Assembly: GCA_963744085.1 (NCBI GenBank)
Contig: CAVUSK010000012.1
Location: 36,248-100,247, forward strand
DNA length: 64,000 bases
DNA from: an uncultured Actinomycetota bacterium
Lineage (GTDB): Bacteria; Actinomycetota; Actinomycetes; Mycobacteriales; Mycobacteriaceae
Reading direction: 5' to 3'
The notes beneath the pieces were generated by a model. It was not told where the DNA came from, did not search any database, and was given only the letters and a program-made list of their open reading frames with translations. Position numbers and translations under genes: made by a program. This document shows, in pieces, positions 12,391 through 22,007 of the stretch. Position 1 is the stretch's first letter. Every line of letters starts with the position of its first letter.

Positions 12391-13217
12391 TGGGGCTGGA
12401 CATCCCCAAAACCGTGGAGGCATGGACTATGAGGAGTAGTCATGTCAGATTCGCGAAGGAAGTTCGACCGCAGTTCCGGGAGGGTGCGGTCCGCATCGTC
12501 CGTGAGACGGGTAAGCCCATCGCCCAGATAGCGCGCGACCTAGTGTCCACCCGGGCACCCTGGGTAACTGGGTTGCTAAGGACCGCGCTGAACACGAAGG
12601 CACGCAAGAGCTTTCGATGGGGGACGCCGCGGAGCGGAAGCGGTTACGCGCCGAGAACGCCCAGCTGCGGATGGAGCGCGATGTTTTAAAACGATCAGTG
12701 GTCCTGTGGGTCAACGAGGCGACGAAGTGAGCGGGGCCCGCTTCGTCGCCGACCAGAGGACCATGCACCGGCTGCTGGCCAGCGCGACCTCGGATCACCC
12801 CGACGCCGACCTGGCGTGCGATGCGATCAAGATGGCCGCGGCGGTGCGCGGTGGACGCGCCGCCATCGACGGGGCGATCTTCCATACCGATCGCGGATCT
12901 ACCTACACGGCAGGGGTTTTCATCACGCTGTGCCGAAAGCTCGGGGTGTCGCAGTCGATGGGCAGGGTCGGTTCATGTTTCGATAACGCCGCTGCGGAGG
13001 CATTCTTCTCGACCTCGAACACGAGGCCTTGTCCTGGCAGCACATCACCACGAAAGCCCACGCACGCCAGGTTGTGGTGGCCTGGTGCCATGACTTCTAC
13101 AACAGCCGACGCCGACACAGCTCCGCCGCATTGATGTCGCCCATCCAATACGAGAGACTCGCTGCAGACCAACCGGCCGCAGCATAAAGGAAACCTTCAC
13201 GACCCGAGGGAAGCCCA
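12391..13217 (+). mobile_element. IS3-family element, degenerate, with a large internal deletion in orfB
   Basis: TG...CA ends (tggggctggacatcccc / ...cgagggaagccca); orfA remnants; orfB jumps from VADQRTMH to RLLASATSDHPD; DDE pieces IFHTDRGSTY and CFDNAAAEAFF; several indels. Confidence 0.85.
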
Positions 13218-13227
13218 TTTCTCTTTC

Positions 13228-13641
13228 TTACGAATGCATCGTGGGCGCGTAAGAGATACCGATAATCGCGCCCTCGATGGACTGCAGTCGAGCGACGGTT
13301 TGTCCCCACGGCTCGGTATGTGCGTCGTGCAGCAGCGTGAAGCCCTTCTCCTTCAACTCGTCCGCTGCGACCTGGACGGTGTCGGCGTCCGCGACCTCGA
13401 ACTCGACGCTGGCCTGCGGCACCGGCCGCTCAACTGGCCAGTCAGGCGTGCCAAAGCACGCTTGCGCAGCCTGAGTCAGGGGCCAGACGCCGAAGGACTT
13501 GCAACCGTCGATGTCTTCACTGTGCAAGTAGCCGTCGGCTTCCCCGGTCAATGGCAGGCCAAGCGCGTCCACGTACAACCTTCGGCTGACGGCCGGCTCA
13601 GGGGTGATCACTGCAACGCTCGTGATGAATTGCACATCCAT
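13228..13641 (-). CDS. VOC/glyoxalase-bleomycin resistance family protein
   Basis: MDVQFITSVAVITPEP...SVEFEVAD...TEPWGQTVARLQS; the ORF-track 345-aa ORF is an artefactual upstream extension. Confidence 0.85.
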   Translation of the reverse strand: MDVQFITSVAVITPEPAVSRRLYVDALGLPLTGEADGYLHSEDIDGCKSFGVWPLTQAAQACFGTPDWPVERPVPQASVEFEVADADTVQVAADELKEKGFTLLHDAHTEPWGQTVARLQSIEGAIIGISYAPTMHS

Positions 13642-13754
13642 GGCGTCACCTTCCAACACTAATTCGACTGATCCACCGATCGTCGCATCCTGCCCCGACA
13701 CCGCAGCTACGAACTCCGAAGCGGTCTCGCACGCCGACCCGCCACCGCACACGC

Positions 13755-14529
13755 TCACGGGCCGGTGCGCGAGCTGTTCGAGGCCTCCCAGGGCACCTAC
13801 GGCTCGCCCCGCATCCACGCCGACCTGCTCGAGGCCGGCGAGACGGTGAGCGTGAACACCGTCGCGGACTCGATGCGCCGGCAGGGCTTGCAGGGCCGCA
13901 AACCGAAGCGGCGCCGGGGGTTGACCCGCCAAGACCGGACCGCGCCGAAGTTTCCCGACCTGCTGCACCGCGACTTCACCGCCCCGACACCGAACGCGAA
14001 GTGGTGCGGCGACATCACCGAGATCCCCACCGACGAAGGCAAGCTCTTCTTGGCCTCGGTGCTGGACCTGCATTCGCGCCGGCTGCTGGCCAGCGCGACC
14101 TCGGAGCACCCCGACGCCGGCCTGGCCTGCGACGCGATCAAGATGGCTGCGGCGGTGCGCGGCGGACGCGCGGCCATCGACGGGGTGATCTTCCATACCG
14201 ATCGCGGATCTACCTACACCGCAGCAATTTTCACTACGCTGTGCCGAAAGCTCGGGGTGTCGCAATCGATGGGAAGAGTCGGTTCATGTTTCGATAACGC
14301 CGCTGCGGAGGCGTTCTTCTCGACCCTCGAACACGAGGTCCTGTCCCGGCACCACTTCACCACGAAAGCCCACGCACGCCAGGTTGTGGTGCCCTGGTGC
14401 CAGGACTTCTACAACAACCGACGCCGACACAGCTCCGCCGCATTGATGTCGCCCGTCCAATACGAGAGACTCGCTGCAGACCAACCGGCCGCAGCATAAG
14501 GAAGCCTTCACGATTCGAGGGGAAGCCCA
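13755..14529 (+). mobile_element. IS3-family element, 5'-truncated, closely related to the 12391 copy
   Basis: orfB GTYGSPRIHADL...WCGDITEI...FHTDRGSTY...DNAAAEAFF...RRHSSAALMSP; right end cgaggggaagccca near-identical to 13217. Confidence 0.85.
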
Positions 14530-15205
14530 ATTGAGCGCTGACATGGGTTTCCGCAGCTCGCCCCTTACGCGCTCTTGATCCGCGCCACACTGCGGGCCAT
14601 CGAACCGATCGCCTTGGCCAGCAGACCCGAATCGGTCTCGGATAGGACATCGCAGCCGGGATGACGGTGGTGTCGGCGCGAACCTTGTCGGTGCGCAGCA
14701 GCTTGGCCGCGGCCGCCTTGGCCAGCAGTGCCTCATTCAGTCCGGCGACCGCGTCCTCCCCGCAGCGAGTGGTGATCTTCATCAACGTCGTCGGGTGCGG
14801 CACCCGGGTACCGAACGGGATCCGGCAAAACCGCTGCCAGGAAATCGAATCGGATACTTCCCGGCACAACGACTCGTAACCCAGCCGGTACCGGAACTTC
14901 AGGAACATCAACCGCACATAGGTCTCCATCGCAATCGACGGCCGACCGATCCGGGCATCGAAATGCGCGGCGAAAGGACCGAAGAACACCGGGTCCTCCA
15001 GCAACGCATCCACCCGCCCCAACTCCACCGGCAGCACCAACAACTCCGGCGGCAGGACCGCATCCCACAACGTCGGCTGGTCGTTTACAGTTCTGAGCAC
15101 GATGGCCTCAATCCCTTCTCGCCAAGGGGTTGAGGCCATCTTCGCGCCCACGAACACCACCATCAGGGGACCGCAACGCCCCGACTTTTTCAGGTCGAAG
15201 TAGCT
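14530..15205 (-). mobile_element. ISNCY/IS5-like transposase, 3'-truncated by the adjacent IS3 end
   Basis: GTG at 15100; GRPSIAMETYVRLMFLKFRYRLGYESLCREVSDSISWQRFCRI...PHPTTL...RADTTV; probable terminal sequence gactttttcaggtcgaagtag at ~15184-15204. Confidence 0.75.
15101..15140 (-). promoter_or_regulatory. Stem-loop covering the transposase ribosome-binding site
   Basis: Perfect 11-bp arms gatggcctcaa/ttgaggccatc plus inner ccctt/aaggg, ending directly at the GTG start. Confidence 0.5.
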
Positions 15206-15338
15206 AGGCCGAGGCCGGTCACCCGAATAGCGGGGGTGCTAGCGCACTATCCGCTGTGGCGCGGGTGTCAGCGCAAGCGTGCATGTCGCGGCGCTTGCTG
15301 TCGTCAAGTTGCCGGTCATCGGCCGCGGTCTTCTTCGC

Positions 15339-16559
15339 TCACGAATCGATGAGCCCTGACTGGATGAGCGCGGCGTCCACAAACCGCTGAACTGGACGAG
15401 ACTGGAAGAAACCGGTGTGACCGCCCTTGTACCAGACGATTTCGGGTCTTCCCCAGTGTTCCCAGAGGCGGACGACTTGCTCGCGAGGGTGCACGAGTTG
15501 GTCAGCGATCCCCGCATAGATGAAGCGGCCCCGCATCGGAACCCGGGGAGTCAGCGACAGTGGCGACACCATCCGGCCCAGCGGTTCCGCCAACGTGACG
15601 GTCTCGCGGCGCGGGTCGGTGCGGCTCATCCCGGCGTGGCGGCTGAGCAGTCCGGTCATATCGGCGACCGGGACGCCGAGGATCGCGCAGGTCAGACCAT
15701 CCTCGAGGCTGGCGACCAGTGATGTGATGTAGCCACCGAGGGAGATGCTGTTCAGGCCGATTGACGAGTCCGGCTGCTGCATGCGTATCCAGGACAGCAG
15801 ACGGCGCACGTCCCACACCGCCTGGGCTGCGGCGTGGACGTCATCGAGCACGTCCTCGCCGGGGAACGCCGCGCCCTGTGGCAGGCCGAGCGCACGCGGG
15901 CCGTGCATCGGAAGGACTGGGAGGACCACATTCAGGCCGAGATCCTCGTGAAGATGCCAGGCACGGAACAGCGTGAGGTCGAGCAGGCCGCGGCCCATCA
16001 CGGCACCGTGCACGCACACCAGCCAGGGTCGTGGCTCCCGGTGTCGCAGGAGCAACGCATACTCGCAGTTGTTGGCGGTATACCCCGACCATCGTTCACG
16101 GCCCGGTTCGCCTTCTCTTGGCTCGTACCCGCTGTCGAAGACGATGCGTTCGAAGGAGCGTCCGGGGGTCTTGACCGGCCGGACCGTCACGTCGGTCAGC
16201 GGCGGCGGGGTGGCAAAAAATTCCTCGGGTTTGTCCAGATACCCTTGCTGCCCATAGAACTCGAGCGCTGCCCGCACTTCGCGGTTGATTCGTTCAAACA
16301 CGTGGGTGTCGCTGAGGGGCCGGAACATCCGGAAGCCGGTGAGGACGATTTCGTCGCGGAACGCTTGTGCAGCGAGCGCGAGGGTGGGGCGCGCAACGGG
16401 GAGTTCATCCGGCTGATGGTCGAGATAGTCTCGCCATGACCGTGCGTAGTAACGGCCGGTCCGTCGGAACGGCCTGACGATGTAGTCCAATGGACCGGCA
16501 CCGCGAGGAGGCTGATGAGATGCAACCGCCGGCGGTTCACCGCTGTCGGGTGCTGCCAT
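15339..16559 (-). CDS. Alpha/beta hydrolase family protein
   Basis: WLVCVHGA, LPVLPMHGPR, nucleophile elbow NSISLGGY, IADQLVHP, GGHTG; start set at MAAPDSG. Confidence 0.8.
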   Translation of the reverse strand: MAAPDSGEPPAVASHQPPRGAGPLDYIVRPFRRTGRYYARSWRDYLDHQPDELPVARPTLALAAQAFRDEIVLTGFRMFRPLSDTHVFERINREVRAALEFYGQQGYLDKPEEFFATPPPLTDVTVRPVKTPGRSFERIVFDSGYEPREGEPGRERWSGYTANNCEYALLLRHREPRPWLVCVHGAVMGRGLLDLTLFRAWHLHEDLGLNVVLPVLPMHGPRALGLPQGAAFPGEDVLDDVHAAAQAVWDVRRLLSWIRMQQPDSSIGLNSISLGGYITSLVASLEDGLTCAILGVPVADMTGLLSRHAGMSRTDPRRETVTLAEPLGRMVSPLSLTPRVPMRGRFIYAGIADQLVHPREQVVRLWEHWGRPEIVWYKGGHTGFFQSRPVQRFVDAALIQSGLIDS

Positions 16560-16703
16560 GTCGGGGAACGCTAATTTCACGCCTGCCGGGCGGCATAGGG
16601 ACTTAGGTCCCGCTCGATGCGGCCGCTCGCCACTTGTGAATGTGCGTAGCCACAGGCGACGGTAGGCGATACCGATCAGTTTCAAGGAATTGGGGTCTGG
16701 CCA

Positions 16704-18119
16704 ATGGACCCGATGGAGCCGTTGGATGCGGCGATGATCACGGCGGAGCTGCTCTCCGACCCGCTGCACACCGCCGCGTTGCTGATCCTGTCTCCGCCCG
16801 CGGACTCCGGGTCCGGGTATGTCGACGAGCTCTATCAGGAGGCGCTGACCGACACCGCAGAACTGGATCCGCGATTTCGCCGGCACCCACACGTGGGCAT
16901 CGACACCGCAGGCCTTTGGGTGTGGCGTACCGACGACACCATCGACATGCGCGAGCATTTGCAGCGCCGAACACTGCCTGCGGGCGCAAATCGCGAAGTG
17001 CTGTGGAAGCTGATCAACGAGCTGCACAGCGTGCCGCTCGACCGGTCACGGCCGATGTGGATGGCGTATGTGATCGACGGTCTGGAGGGCGGTCGATTCG
17101 CGTTCTATATCAAGGTGCACCACACCGTGGTCGACGGTGTCGCCGGATTGAAGATGATCGCTGATGCGCTGACCACCGACCCCGAAAGCCGGTCAATGCG
17201 GCCGATCTATGCTATCGGCCCGAAGCAACCCGCCGAGCATGGTGCTACCTCACACGGACTGATCCCCAACCCGTTGTCACTCGTACGCGCGGCGCTGAAC
17301 GGCGTCACCTCGGGACTGGGCCTTGTTCGCCAAATAGCCCTCGGCGAAATATCAACAGTGCTCGCGAGTCTCGGGCCAGGGACTGCCGTTCTACCGTTCG
17401 GCGCCCCCTACACCAGGTTCAACGGCCGACTCGGCCCCGAGCGGACCTTCGCAGGGGGCAATTGGTCAAAATCGCGAATCCGCGCAGTCCAGAAGGCGGC
17501 CAGGGTGACCGGCAACGACGTGCTGACCGCCATAGTAGCGGGAGTGCTGCGGGAGTGGCTCACCGCGCATGGTGAGTTGCCGGACAAGTCGCTGGTAGCA
17601 ATCTGCCCGGTAACGGTGCGCGGTCGCGAGCACGCGACCGATGAGGACAGGCACGGAAACCTGTTCGGTTTGGAGTTGTGCCCGTTGGGCACCGAGATAG
17701 CCGACCCTGCCGAGCGGCTGGCCCACATCCATCGTGCGATGACGTGGGCAAAGCACCAGGTGGCGAGCCGCGGGTCGAACGCGACGATGCTGCTTCTCGC
17801 GCCGAGTATCGCGTCTACGGTCCTGTCGCCGATGATGCCGTTTGCGCCGCGGCTGCGCCGCGGCTACAACGTGTCGATCTCCAATGTTCCCGGGCCGCAG
17901 GCCGAGATGTATTGGAACGGCGCGCATCTAGAGGAAATCTATCCCGTGTCGACCGCCATCAACGGTCAGGCACTGAACGTGACGATATGCTCCTATGCCG
18001 ACCGCGTGACGTTCGGCTATGTTTCCGGCCGCCACGTGATGCCCGACATAGCGTCGCTGATACCGCTGACCGAGCGCGTCCTCGTTGATTTGGAGACCGC
18101 GGTCGCAGTGGCGACGTGA
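16704..18119 (+). CDS. Wax ester synthase/diacylglycerol acyltransferase (WS/DGAT, Tgs family)
   Basis: Catalytic HHTVVDG; PLDRSRPMW; NVSISNVPGP; ALNVTICSY. Confidence 0.95.
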   Translation: MDPMEPLDAAMITAELLSDPLHTAALLILSPPADSGSGYVDELYQEALTDTAELDPRFRRHPHVGIDTAGLWVWRTDDTIDMREHLQRRTLPAGANREVLWKLINELHSVPLDRSRPMWMAYVIDGLEGGRFAFYIKVHHTVVDGVAGLKMIADALTTDPESRSMRPIYAIGPKQPAEHGATSHGLIPNPLSLVRAALNGVTSGLGLVRQIALGEISTVLASLGPGTAVLPFGAPYTRFNGRLGPERTFAGGNWSKSRIRAVQKAARVTGNDVLTAIVAGVLREWLTAHGELPDKSLVAICPVTVRGREHATDEDRHGNLFGLELCPLGTEIADPAERLAHIHRAMTWAKHQVASRGSNATMLLLAPSIASTVLSPMMPFAPRLRRGYNVSISNVPGPQAEMYWNGAHLEEIYPVSTAINGQALNVTICSYADRVTFGYVSGRHVMPDIASLIPLTERVLVDLETAVAVAT

Positions 18120-18153
18120 AGTCGCCACCCATCAGAGGTGAGGAGATGCGCTC

Positions 18154-19008
18154 ATGGGTATCTACGCGATCACCGGATCGGGCTCCGGCATGGGCCGCAA
18201 GGCCGCGGAGAAGCTGCGCGATGCCGGCCACACCGTCATCGGCGTGGACATCAAGCAGGCGGACATCGTGGCCGATCTGTCGAGCGTCGAGGGACGCCGC
18301 GCCGCCGCCGACGGCGTGTTGGCAGCGTCCGGGGCCAGACTGGACGGCGCCGTTCTCGCAGCCGGTCTCGGCCCCGGCCAAGGACCTGACCGTCCGCGGT
18401 TGATCGCCCAGGTCAACTACCTCGGCGTCGTTGACCTCCTTGACGCGTGGCGCCCCGCACTGGCTGCCGCCGACCGCGCGAAAGTCGTTGTCTTCTCCAG
18501 CAACTCCACAACGACAACCCCCGTGGTTCCCGCACGCACCGTACGGGCATTCCTTGCGCGCGATGCCGAGAAGGCGGTCCGCACCACCCGATTGTTCGGC
18601 AAGAACGCTTCGGTGATCCTGTACGCCGCATCCAAGATCGCCGTCAGCCGTTGGGTTCGCCTCGAGGCAGTGAAAAGCGAGTGGGCTGGCGCAGGCATAC
18701 GCCTGAACGCTCTGGCTCCGGGCGCGATCATGACGCCCCTTCTGGAGGAGCAGCTGTCAACGCCGAAGCGAGCGAAACTCGTTCGTTCCTTCCCTGTCCC
18801 GGTCGGCGGTTTCGGCGATGCCGAGCAGCTGGCCGACTGGGTGCTCTTCATGCTGTCGGATGCTGCGGACTTCCTCTGCGGGAGCGTCGTATTCGTCGAT
18901 GGCGGAACGGACGCGTACTTCCGTGCCAACGACTGGCCGAGGCCTGTCCCGGCGTATCGTTTGTTGTCTTACTTCAAACGGTTCAGAGCCGGGGGTCGCC
19001 GGGAGTAA
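18154..19008 (+). CDS. SDR family oxidoreductase (3-alpha-hydroxysteroid dehydrogenase-like)
   Basis: ITGSGSGMG, VNYLG, YAASK, NALAPG, VDGG. Confidence 0.9.
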   Translation: MGIYAITGSGSGMGRKAAEKLRDAGHTVIGVDIKQADIVADLSSVEGRRAAADGVLAASGARLDGAVLAAGLGPGQGPDRPRLIAQVNYLGVVDLLDAWRPALAAADRAKVVVFSSNSTTTTPVVPARTVRAFLARDAEKAVRTTRLFGKNASVILYAASKIAVSRWVRLEAVKSEWAGAGIRLNALAPGAIMTPLLEEQLSTPKRAKLVRSFPVPVGGFGDAEQLADWVLFMLSDAADFLCGSVVFVDGGTDAYFRANDWPRPVPAYRLLSYFKRFRAGGRRE

Positions 19009-19089
19009 AGGTCGATTGCGAGCGGCGTGCCGCTTTGCTCCTTGACACGTCTCACCATGCCGACGTGGCCGCCCCGTCTGACGCGTCCC

Positions 19090-19418
19090 AAGGCCTCGCC
19101 TCGACATCGGCCGACATTTGATGCGGACAACTCACCGGACGATGCGACCGGTCCACCCAACCCCTCGAGGCCCTCGGCCTCATACCGGGCCAACCACGAG
19201 TGCAGTGTCTGGCGCGACACCCCTACCTTCGAAGCGACCTGCGAAATCGGCAACCCATCGCTGATCACCGCCAACACGGCCTGATACCTCTGCTGACCCA
19301 CGCTCGACTCCTCATCCATGGGAGTGTCAAGGATCAGCCGGAGTAACTGTCAAGCGTCAGCCGAAACACTGTCAGGCATCACTCGAAGCAAGAATGTCAA
19401 CGATCGGCCGAGCTCACA
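19090..19418 (-). mobile_element. IS481-family left-end remnant
   Basis: QRYQAVLAVISDGLPISQVASKVGVSRQTLHSWLARYEAEGLEGL; iterated tgtcaag.atcagccg motifs ending in caca. Confidence 0.8.
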
Positions 19419-19438
19419 TACTCGGTGGGGCTGAAGTG

Positions 19439-19481
19439 GGGCGGGCGGGACTCGAACCCGCGACCAACGGATTATGAGTCC
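19439..19481. repeat. att-like direct repeat of the tRNA(CAT) 3' half
   Basis: gggcgggcgggactcgaacccgcgaccaacggattatgagtcc, identical to 39647-39689. Confidence 0.95.
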
Positions 19482-19498
19482 CTTTCTAGCGCCTTGGC

Positions 19499-19621
19499 GA
19501 CCAGGCGAAACGGTTAGCCAATTGGCCTAAATTGCCTGCGCGACAGCGGTTTTGGCTGTTACCGGTGCGGTTCCGGTACGCCCTGAGTACGGCTACGAAT
19601 CGCCCCCGGTCGCCGGGGTGA
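19499..19621. repeat. Element-end sequence, degenerate direct repeat of 29969-30092
   Basis: Shared blocks gaccaggcgaaacggt, ttccggtacgccct.agtacggctac.aatcg and cgccggggtga with conserved spacing. Confidence 0.8.
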
Positions 19622-20035
<414 letters not shown>

Positions 20036-20060
20036 CGCACCGGCGACCGACAGCTGTCTT

Positions 20061-20075
20061 GTTTACTGTGTTCAC
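20061..20075 (+). promoter_or_regulatory. Possible RegX3/Pho-type repeat upstream of pstS
   Basis: gtttac-tgt-gttcac, a GTTCAC-like direct repeat ~115 bp upstream of pstS. Confidence 0.35.
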
Positions 20076-20189
20076 CGAGTTGTCTGCTTTCCGTTCATGT
20101 GCCATGAGTCGGCCTTCCACCACAACCGTGTACGGCGCCGGATGTGTCAACAGCCGGTTCCGGCTCGGCTTAGAAAGGTTCAACAAACG

Positions 20190-21302
20190 TTGAAGCTCAA
20201 CGGGTTCGGCAAAGCGTTTGGTGCGACGGTGTCGGCGGCTGCCATCGTCGCCTTCTCCATCTCGGCGTGCGGCAGCGACAACAACGCGGGCACGTCGTCG
20301 CCCACGAATGGCGCAAAGGCGGAGTGCGGCGGTAAGAACTCCTTGATCGCGGAGGGCTCAACGGCGCAGCAGAACGCGATCGGAGAATTCAACAAGGCTT
20401 GGGGACAAGCGTGCTCGGGCAAGAACCTGTCGTACAACCCGACCGGTTCCAGTGCCGGGGTTCAGCAGTTCATCGCCAAGCAGGTCGACTTCGCCGGCTC
20501 CGATTCGCCGCTGGCCAAGGATGAGGTCGACCCGGCCACGCAGCGCTGCAACGGCAACCCGGCCTGGAACCTGCCGCTGGTCTTCGGCCCGGTTGCGCTG
20601 GCCTACAACGTGTCTGGTGTCGACAAGCTGGTCCTGAACGCCGACGTGATCGCCAAGATCTTCACCGGCGCCATCGCGACGTGGAACGATCCGGCCATCG
20701 CGGCGCTCAATAGTGTTGTCTCGCTGCCCGATACCAAGATCACCCCGATCTACCGGTCGGACTCATCGGGCACCACCGATAATTTCCAGCAGTACCTCAC
20801 TACGGCGGCGCCGGAGTCGTGGACCAAGGGCGCGGGCAAGAAGTTCCAGGGCGGCGCCGGTGAAGGCGCGCCGAAATCGGCGCGGGTCGTTCAGGCAGTG
20901 CAGACGATCCGGGGCAGCATCGGCTACGTCGAGAAGGGCTTCGCCACCCAGGCGAACCTCCCCTTCGCGCAGATCAACAACGGTAGCGGTCCGGTGGCGC
21001 TCACCGACGACTCGGCCGCTAAGGCGATCGCCGGGGCAAAGTTCGCTGGAGAAGGCAAGGACCTCGTCCTGGACTTGAACTCGCTGTACGGCGCCAAGGA
21101 GGCCGGTGCCTATCCGCTGGTGCTGGCGACCTACGAGATCGTCTGCTCCAAGGGTTACGACGCTCAAACGGCCGCCGCGGTGAAGTCCTTCTTGAAGGTC
21201 TCGGCGAGCCAAGGCCAGTCAGGTCTGCCATCGGCGGGCTACGTGCCGTTGCCCGACTCGTTCAAGCAGCGCCTGCTTCAGTCGGTCGACGCTATTCAAT
21301 AG
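20190..21302 (+). CDS. pstS: Phosphate ABC transporter substrate-binding lipoprotein PstS
   Basis: TTG start MKLNGFG; lipobox ISAC; EGSTAQ, YNPTGSSAG, DFAGSD, YRSDSSGTT, YPLVLATYEIVC; no pstCAB follows. Confidence 0.92.
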   Translation: MKLNGFGKAFGATVSAAAIVAFSISACGSDNNAGTSSPTNGAKAECGGKNSLIAEGSTAQQNAIGEFNKAWGQACSGKNLSYNPTGSSAGVQQFIAKQVDFAGSDSPLAKDEVDPATQRCNGNPAWNLPLVFGPVALAYNVSGVDKLVLNADVIAKIFTGAIATWNDPAIAALNSVVSLPDTKITPIYRSDSSGTTDNFQQYLTTAAPESWTKGAGKKFQGGAGEGAPKSARVVQAVQTIRGSIGYVEKGFATQANLPFAQINNGSGPVALTDDSAAKAIAGAKFAGEGKDLVLDLNSLYGAKEAGAYPLVLATYEIVCSKGYDAQTAAAVKSFLKVSASQGQSGLPSAGYVPLPDSFKQRLLQSVDAIQ

Positions 21303-21827
21303 CGAGTACAACTGGATGCATCAGCCGTGACGATAAGCGCCGACGGAACGAGCGACAGTCTCGGTGTGTCGGAGAAAAACCCCGTGAACGCTGGGTCAGG
21401 TGAGGCCCCGGCCCAGCGATTCCCCCAATAGGCCTCCCCGATGCCACACAAAACCATTACCGCAGCTCACGCGGCATTTTTGCCGTTCCCACATCGTTTG
21501 CTGCGGAGGAGATTTCGCGCGAAAACGCCGAAAAGCCTCCACAAAGCTTCCTGGTCATTCGTCGACTCAAAACGACGAACGGATCGCCCAACGATTCGTT
21601 CACCATCGTGAAGGCTGCGGGTCGATTTTTCTCCCGTCGCGCCAGATCGCCGAAATTGTTTGCCCAACAAGGGAAGCTGGATCTCGGCCCTATTTCGCAC
21701 AGTTACAGTTCTAGCCACAGCGATCGAGCGGGAATTGGTGTCGTCCGTCCGTTTTGCTGTCGGCTAATCGAGACCGGACTAGACTCCGCTTGGTAGTCCA
21801 GCCACCGGGCGGTTGAGGAGATTGCTC

Positions 21828-22007
21828 ATGGAGGCATTCTTCAGGTACTCGAGCCGCAACAAGCTGGCGATTGAGGATCTCACCCGGACGCTTGAGGGCG
21901 CCCATGCGGGCTTTGGGCCGAATCATGCGGAGGGTTTCAGGCGGCCCGTCCTTCCCGTGCCGGACTCCGGTGGGCCGACACGGGCGCACGGCGCGTCGGC
22001 CCGATGA
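21828..22007 (+). pseudogene. 59-aa ORF resembling a collapsed TIR domain, coupled to the downstream gene
   Basis: RBS gaggag 7 nt before ATG; FFRYSSRNKLAIEDLTRTLE resembles TIR betaA-alphaA; RPVLPV resembles betaD; stop overlaps the next ATG (ATGA). Confidence 0.4.

Noticed and set aside
13228-14265. 345-aa ORF as one protein
   Set aside because: The upstream two-thirds is the antisense of IS3 orfB; only the last 137 aa (VOC) are real
19320-19418. Short iterated motifs (tgtcaag.atcagccg), also at 33929-34001 and 36890-36990, as a possible CRISPR array
   Set aside because: Irregular spacing, degenerate units, no cas genes; they lie at IS481 ends and fit transposase binding sites
19439-19481. 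Extra tRNA genes at 19439, 31435 and 37094
   Set aside because: Only the 3' half is present (no D-arm or 5' acceptor strand); these are att-type repeats
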